A program made the position numbers and the translations under genes. From positions 79,608,001 to 79,672,000 of the forward strand of contig OZ024740.1 in NCBI GenBank assembly GCA_964016885.1: a stretch of DNA of 64,000 nucleotides, in the 5' to 3' direction. This DNA is from Eledone cirrhosa (Eukaryota). Under the pieces are notes generated by a model. It had not been told where the DNA came from, searched no databases, and saw only the letters and a list, made by a program, of their open reading frames with translations. Shown piece after piece: positions 59,301 to 64,000 of this stretch (the first letter of the stretch is position 1; each line of letters starts with the position of its first letter).

Positions 59301-62300
59301 GAGACACTGAAAACAGCCACCAAAATTTAGACACTAAGACAATCACCAAAATTGAGACATCGAAGACAGCCACCAAAATTGAGACACTAAGACAGCCACT
59401 AAAATTGAGACACTGAAGACAGACACCAAAATTGAGACACTGAAGAGTGCCACCAAAATTGAAACACCGAAGATAGCCACGAAAACTGAGACACCGAATA
59501 CATCCACTAAAATTGAGACACTGAAGACAGCCCCCAAAATTTAGACACTAAGACAATCTCCAAAATTGCGACATCGAAGACAGCCACCAAAATTGAGACA
59601 CTGAAGACACCCACTAAATTTGAGACATCGAAGGTAGCCACCAAAATTGAGACGCTGAAGACAGCAACCAAAACTGAGTCACGGAAGACAGCCACCAAAA
59701 TTGAGACACTGAAGACAGCCACCAAAACTGAGACTTCGAAGGCAGCCACGAAAATTGAGACACTGAAGACAGCCACCAAAATTGAGACACTGAAGACAAC
59801 CACCAAATTTTAGACACTGAAGACAGTCACCAAAATTGAGACACTGAAGACAGCCACCAAAATTGAGAGATCGAAGGCAGCCACCAAAATTGATACACTG
59901 AAGACAGCCACAAAAATTGAGACACTGAAGCCAGCCACCAAAATAGAGACATTGAAGACAGCGACCTAGATTGAGACACTGAAGATAGCCACCAAATTTG
60001 AGACACTAAGACAGCCACCGAAAGTGAGACACTGAAGACAGTGACTAAAATTGAGGCACTGAAAACAACCACCAATATTGATACCCTGAGCACAGCCACT
60101 AAAATTGAGACAGAGAAGACAGCCACCAAAATTGAGACACTGAAGACAGCCACCAAAATTGAGACACGGAAGACAGCAACTAAAATTGCGACACTGATGA
60201 CAGCCACCAAAATTGAGACACTGAAGACAACCACTAAAATTGAGACATCGAAGGCACCCACCAAAATTAAGACACTGAAGACATCCTCCATAATTGAGAC
60301 ACTGAAACAGCCACCAAAAATGAGACACTGAAAAGAGCCACCAAATTTGAGACATTAAGGCAGCCACCGAAAGTGAGACACTGAAGACAGCGACCAAAAT
60401 TGAAGCACCGAAGACAGCCACCAATATTGAGACCCTGAAAACAGCCGCTAAAATTGAGACACTGAATACAGCCACAAAAAATGAGACACTAAGACAATCA
60501 CCAAAATTGAGACACTGAAGACAGCCACTAAAATTGAGACATCGAAGGCAGCCACCAAAATTGAGACACTGAAGATAGTCACCAAAATTGAGACACTGAA
60601 GATAGCCATTAAAACTGAGATACTGAAGACAGCCACGAAAATTGAGGCACTGAAGACAGCCACAAAAATTGAGACACTGAAGACAGCCATCAAAATTGAG
60701 ACACTGAAGAGTGTCACCAAATTTGAGACACTAAGACAGCCACCGAAAGTGAGACACTGAAGAGAGCGACCAAAATTGAGGCACTGAAGAGAGACACCAA
60801 TATTGATACCCTGAGCACAGCCATTAAAATTGAGACAGTGAAGACAGCCACCAAAATTGAGACACTGAAGACAGCCACCAAAATTGAGACACGGAACACA
60901 GCAACTAAAATTGCGACACTGAAGACAGCCACTAAAATTGAGACATCGAAGGCACCCACCAAAATTGAGACACTGAAGACAGCCACTAAAATTGAGACAC
61001 TGGAGACATCCTCCGAAATTGAGACACTGAAGACGGCCACCAAAAATGAGACATGAAAAGAGCCACCAAATTTGAGACATTAAGGCAGCCACCGAAAGTG
61101 AGACACTGAAGACAGCGACCAAAATTGAAGCACCGAAGACAGCCACCAATATTGAGGCCCCGAAAACAGCCACTAAAATTGAGACACTGAAGACAGCCAC
61201 TAAAATTGAGACACTGAATACAGCCACCAAAAATGAGACACTAAGACAATAACCAAAATTGAGACACTAAAGACAGCCACCAAAATTGAGACACTGAACA
61301 CAGCCACTAAATTTGAGACATCGAAGGCAGCCACCAAAATTGAGACACTGAAGACAGCCACCAAAACTGAGACACGGGAGACAGCCACCAAAATTGAGAC
61401 ACTGAAGACAGCCACCAAAATTGAGACACTGAAGACAGCCACTAAAATTGAGACACTGAAGACAGCCACCAAAACTGAGACATCGAAGGCAGCCACGAAA
61501 ATTGAGACACTGAAGACAGCCACCAAAATTGAAACAGTGAAGACATCCACGAAAATTGAGACACTGAAGACAGCAACTAAAATTGCGACGCTGAAGACAG
61601 CCACAAAAATTGAGACACTGAAGACAGCCATCAAAATTGAGACACTGAAGAGAGCCACCAAATTTGAGACACTAAGACAGCCACCGAAAGTGAGACACTG
61701 AAGAGAGCGACCAAAATTGAGGCACTGAAGAGAGACACCAATATTGATACCCTGAGGACAGCCACTAAAATTGAGACAGTGAAGACAGCCACCAAAATTG
61801 AGACACTGAAGACAGCCACCAAAATTGCGACACGGAACACAGCAACTAAAATTGCGACACTGAAGACAGCCACTAAAATTGAGACATCGAAGGCACCCAC
61901 CAAAATTGAGACACTGAAGACATCCTCCAAAATTGAGACACTGAAGACGGCCACCAAAAATGAGACATGAAAAGAGCCACCAAATTTGAGACATTAAGGC
62001 AGCCACCGAAAGTGAGACACTGAAGACAGCGACCAAAATTGAAGCACTGAAGACAGCCACCAATATTGAGACCCCGAAAACAGCCATTAAAATTGAGACA
62101 CTGAAGACAGCCACTAAAATTGAGACACTAAATACAGCCACCAAAATTGAGACACTGAAGACAGCCACCAAAACTGAGACACGGAAGACAGCCACCAAAA
62201 TTGAGACACTGAAGACATCCACTAATATTGAGACATCGAAGGCAGCCACGAAAATTGAGACACTGAAAACAGCCACCAAAATTTAGACACTAAGACAATC

Positions 62301-64000
62301 ACCAAAATTGAGACATCGAAGACAGCCACCAAAATTGAGACACTAAGACAGCCACTAAAATTGAGACACTGAAGACAGACACCAAAATTGAGACACTGAA
62401 GAGTGCCACCAAAATTGAAACACCGAAGATAGCCACGAAAACTGAGACACCGAATACATCCACTAAAATTGAGACACTGAAGACAGCCCCCAAAATTTAG
62501 ACACTAAGACAATCTCCAAAATTGCGACATCGAAGACAGCCACCAAAATTGAGACACTGATGACACCCACTAAATTTGAGACATCGAAGGTAGCCACCAA
62601 AATTGAGACGCTGAAGACAGCAACCAAAACTGAGTCACGGAAGACAGCCACCAAAATTGAGACACTGAAGACAGCCACCAAAACTGAGACTTCGAAGGCA
62701 GCCACGAAAATTGAGACACTGAAGACAGCCACCAAAATTGAGACACTGAAGACAACCACCAAATTTTAGACACTGAAGACAGTCACCAAAATTGAGACAC
62801 TGAAGACAGCCACCAAAATTGAGAGATCGAAGGCAGCCACCAAAATTGATACACTGAAGACAGCCACAAAAATTGAGACACTGAAGCCAGCCACCAAAAT
62901 AGAGACATTGAAGACAGCGACCTAGATTGAGACACTGAAGATAGCCACCAAATTTGAGACACTAAGACAGCCACCGAAAGTGAGACACTGAAGACAGCGA
63001 CTAAAATTGAGGCACTGAAAACAACCACCAATATTGATACCCTGAGCACAGCCACTAAAATTGAGACAGAGAAGACAGCCACCAAAATTGAGACACTGAA
63101 GACAGCCACCAAAATTGAGACACGGAAGACAGCAACTAAAATTGCGACACTGAAGACAGTCACCAAAATTGAGACACTGAAGACAACCACTAAAATTGAG
63201 ACATCGAAGGCACCCACCAAAATTAAGACACTGAAGACATCCTCCATAATTGAGACACTGAAACAGCCACCAAAAATGAGACACTGAAAAGAGCCACCAA
63301 ATTTGAGACATTAAGGCAGCCACCGAAAGTGAGACACTGAAGACAGCGACCAAAATTGAAGCACCGAAGACAGCCACCAATATTGAGACCCTGAAAACAG
63401 CCGCTAAAATTGAGACACTGAATACAGCCACAAAAAATGAGACACTAAGACAATCACCAAAATTGAGACACTGAAGACAGCCACTAAAATTGAGACATCG
63501 AAGGCAGCCACCAAAATTGAGACACTGAAGATAGTCACCAAAATTGAGACACTGAAGATAGCCATTAAAACTGAGATACTGAAGACAGCCACGAAAATTG
63601 AGGCACTGAAGACAGCAACTAAAATTGCGACGCTGAAGACAGCCACAAAAATTGAGACACTGAAGACAGCCATCAAAATTGAGACACTGAAGAGAGCCAC
63701 CAAATTTGAGACACTAAGACAGCCACCGAAAGTGAGACACTGAAGAGAGCGACCAAAATTGAGGCACTGAAGAGAGACACCAATATTGATACCCTGAGCA
63801 CAGCCATTAAAATTGAGACAGTGAAGACAGCCACCAAAATTGAGACACTGAAGACAGCCACCAAAATTGAGACACGGAACACAGCAACTAAAATTGCGAC
63901 ACTGAAGACAGCCACTAAAATTGAGACATCGAAGGCACCCACCAAAATTGAGACACTGAAGACAGCCACTAAAATTGAGACACTGGAGACATCCTCCGAA
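53400..64000. repeat. Further copies of the 2.7-kb unit family with variable period (2042, 2738, 2956 bp); about 56.6-61.6 kb duplicates about 29.6-34.65 kb
   Basis: Matching entries at 54727, 56769, 59507 and 62463. Offset 26959 at 29810/56769, 31530/58489 and 32548/59507. The rare variant aaaattgaatgatcgaagg is seen at about 30162 and about 57121. Confidence 0.9.

Larger units (their letters stand above)
1..64000. repeat. Tandem satellite array of a 27-bp monomer (consensus AAAATTGAGACACTGAAGACAGCCACC), about 2,370 copies, head-to-tail, extending beyond both window ends
   Basis: The monomer is directly readable on every line. Variants usually differ by a few substitutions or a 1-bp deletion. 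The ORF track shows 9-aa periodicity throughout, and I saw no non-repeat interruption. Confidence 0.99.

Noticed and set aside
1-64000. Giant repetitive Thr/Lys-rich protein gene (KIETLKTAT repeats, mucin- or adhesin-like)
   Set aside because: The + frame is broken every few hundred bp by 1-bp deletions and TAG/TAA variants (longest + ORF 241 aa). There is no unique N- or C-terminal domain, and the frameshifts are propagated in duplicated blocks.
1-64000. CRISPR array (repeat length is in the CRISPR range)
   Set aside because: Repeats are directly adjacent with no unique spacers, leader or cas genes.
1-64000. Telomerase-synthesised long telomeric repeat
   Set aside because: Monomers are heterogeneous and copied in multi-kb blocks, which fits recombinational duplication rather than templated addition. 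There is no chromosome end in view.
1-64000. Synthetic construct, given Type IIS/IIG sites in each monomer (GAAGAC BbsI, GAGAC BsmAI, CTGAAG AcuI)
   Set aside because: The graded divergence, indels and nested duplications look natural, and there is no vector sequence. The sites are probably coincidental, although useful for a restriction ladder test.
1-64000. Embedded transposon, inversion or unique island hidden in the array
   Set aside because: I saw no reverse-complement monomer (ggtggctgtcttcagtgtctcaatttt) or non-repeat stretch on the + strand, and every ORF-track entry is repeat-derived. A very short insertion could have been missed by eye.

Overview
The whole 64 kb window is one uninterrupted, single-orientation tandem array of a 27-bp monomer, + strand consensus AAAATTGAGACACTGAAGACAGCCACC (12 A, 7 C, 5 G, 3 T; 44% GC). 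That is roughly 2,370 monomers (64000/27), and the array runs off both window edges. I found no unique sequence, no credible protein-coding or RNA gene, no transposon insertion and no inversion. The ORF track is an artefact: the monomer is 9 codons long and stop-free in 4 of 6 frames (KIETLKTAT on +; VAVFSVSIL, GGCLQCLNF and WLSSVSQFW on -), and 26-bp monomers shift the frame frequently. The real information lies in the order of monomer variants, which shows nested higher-order duplications (about 0.13-0.38, 0.97, 2.2, 2.7, 4.0-4.1, 5 and 6.8-9 kb) and a shift from a left variant domain (about 1-19.5 kb) to a right domain (about 20-64 kb). This is most consistent with a eukaryotic satellite array, but I cannot identify the organism or family. 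Block boundaries were estimated by eye and from offsets between matching ORF-track entries, so they are approximate.
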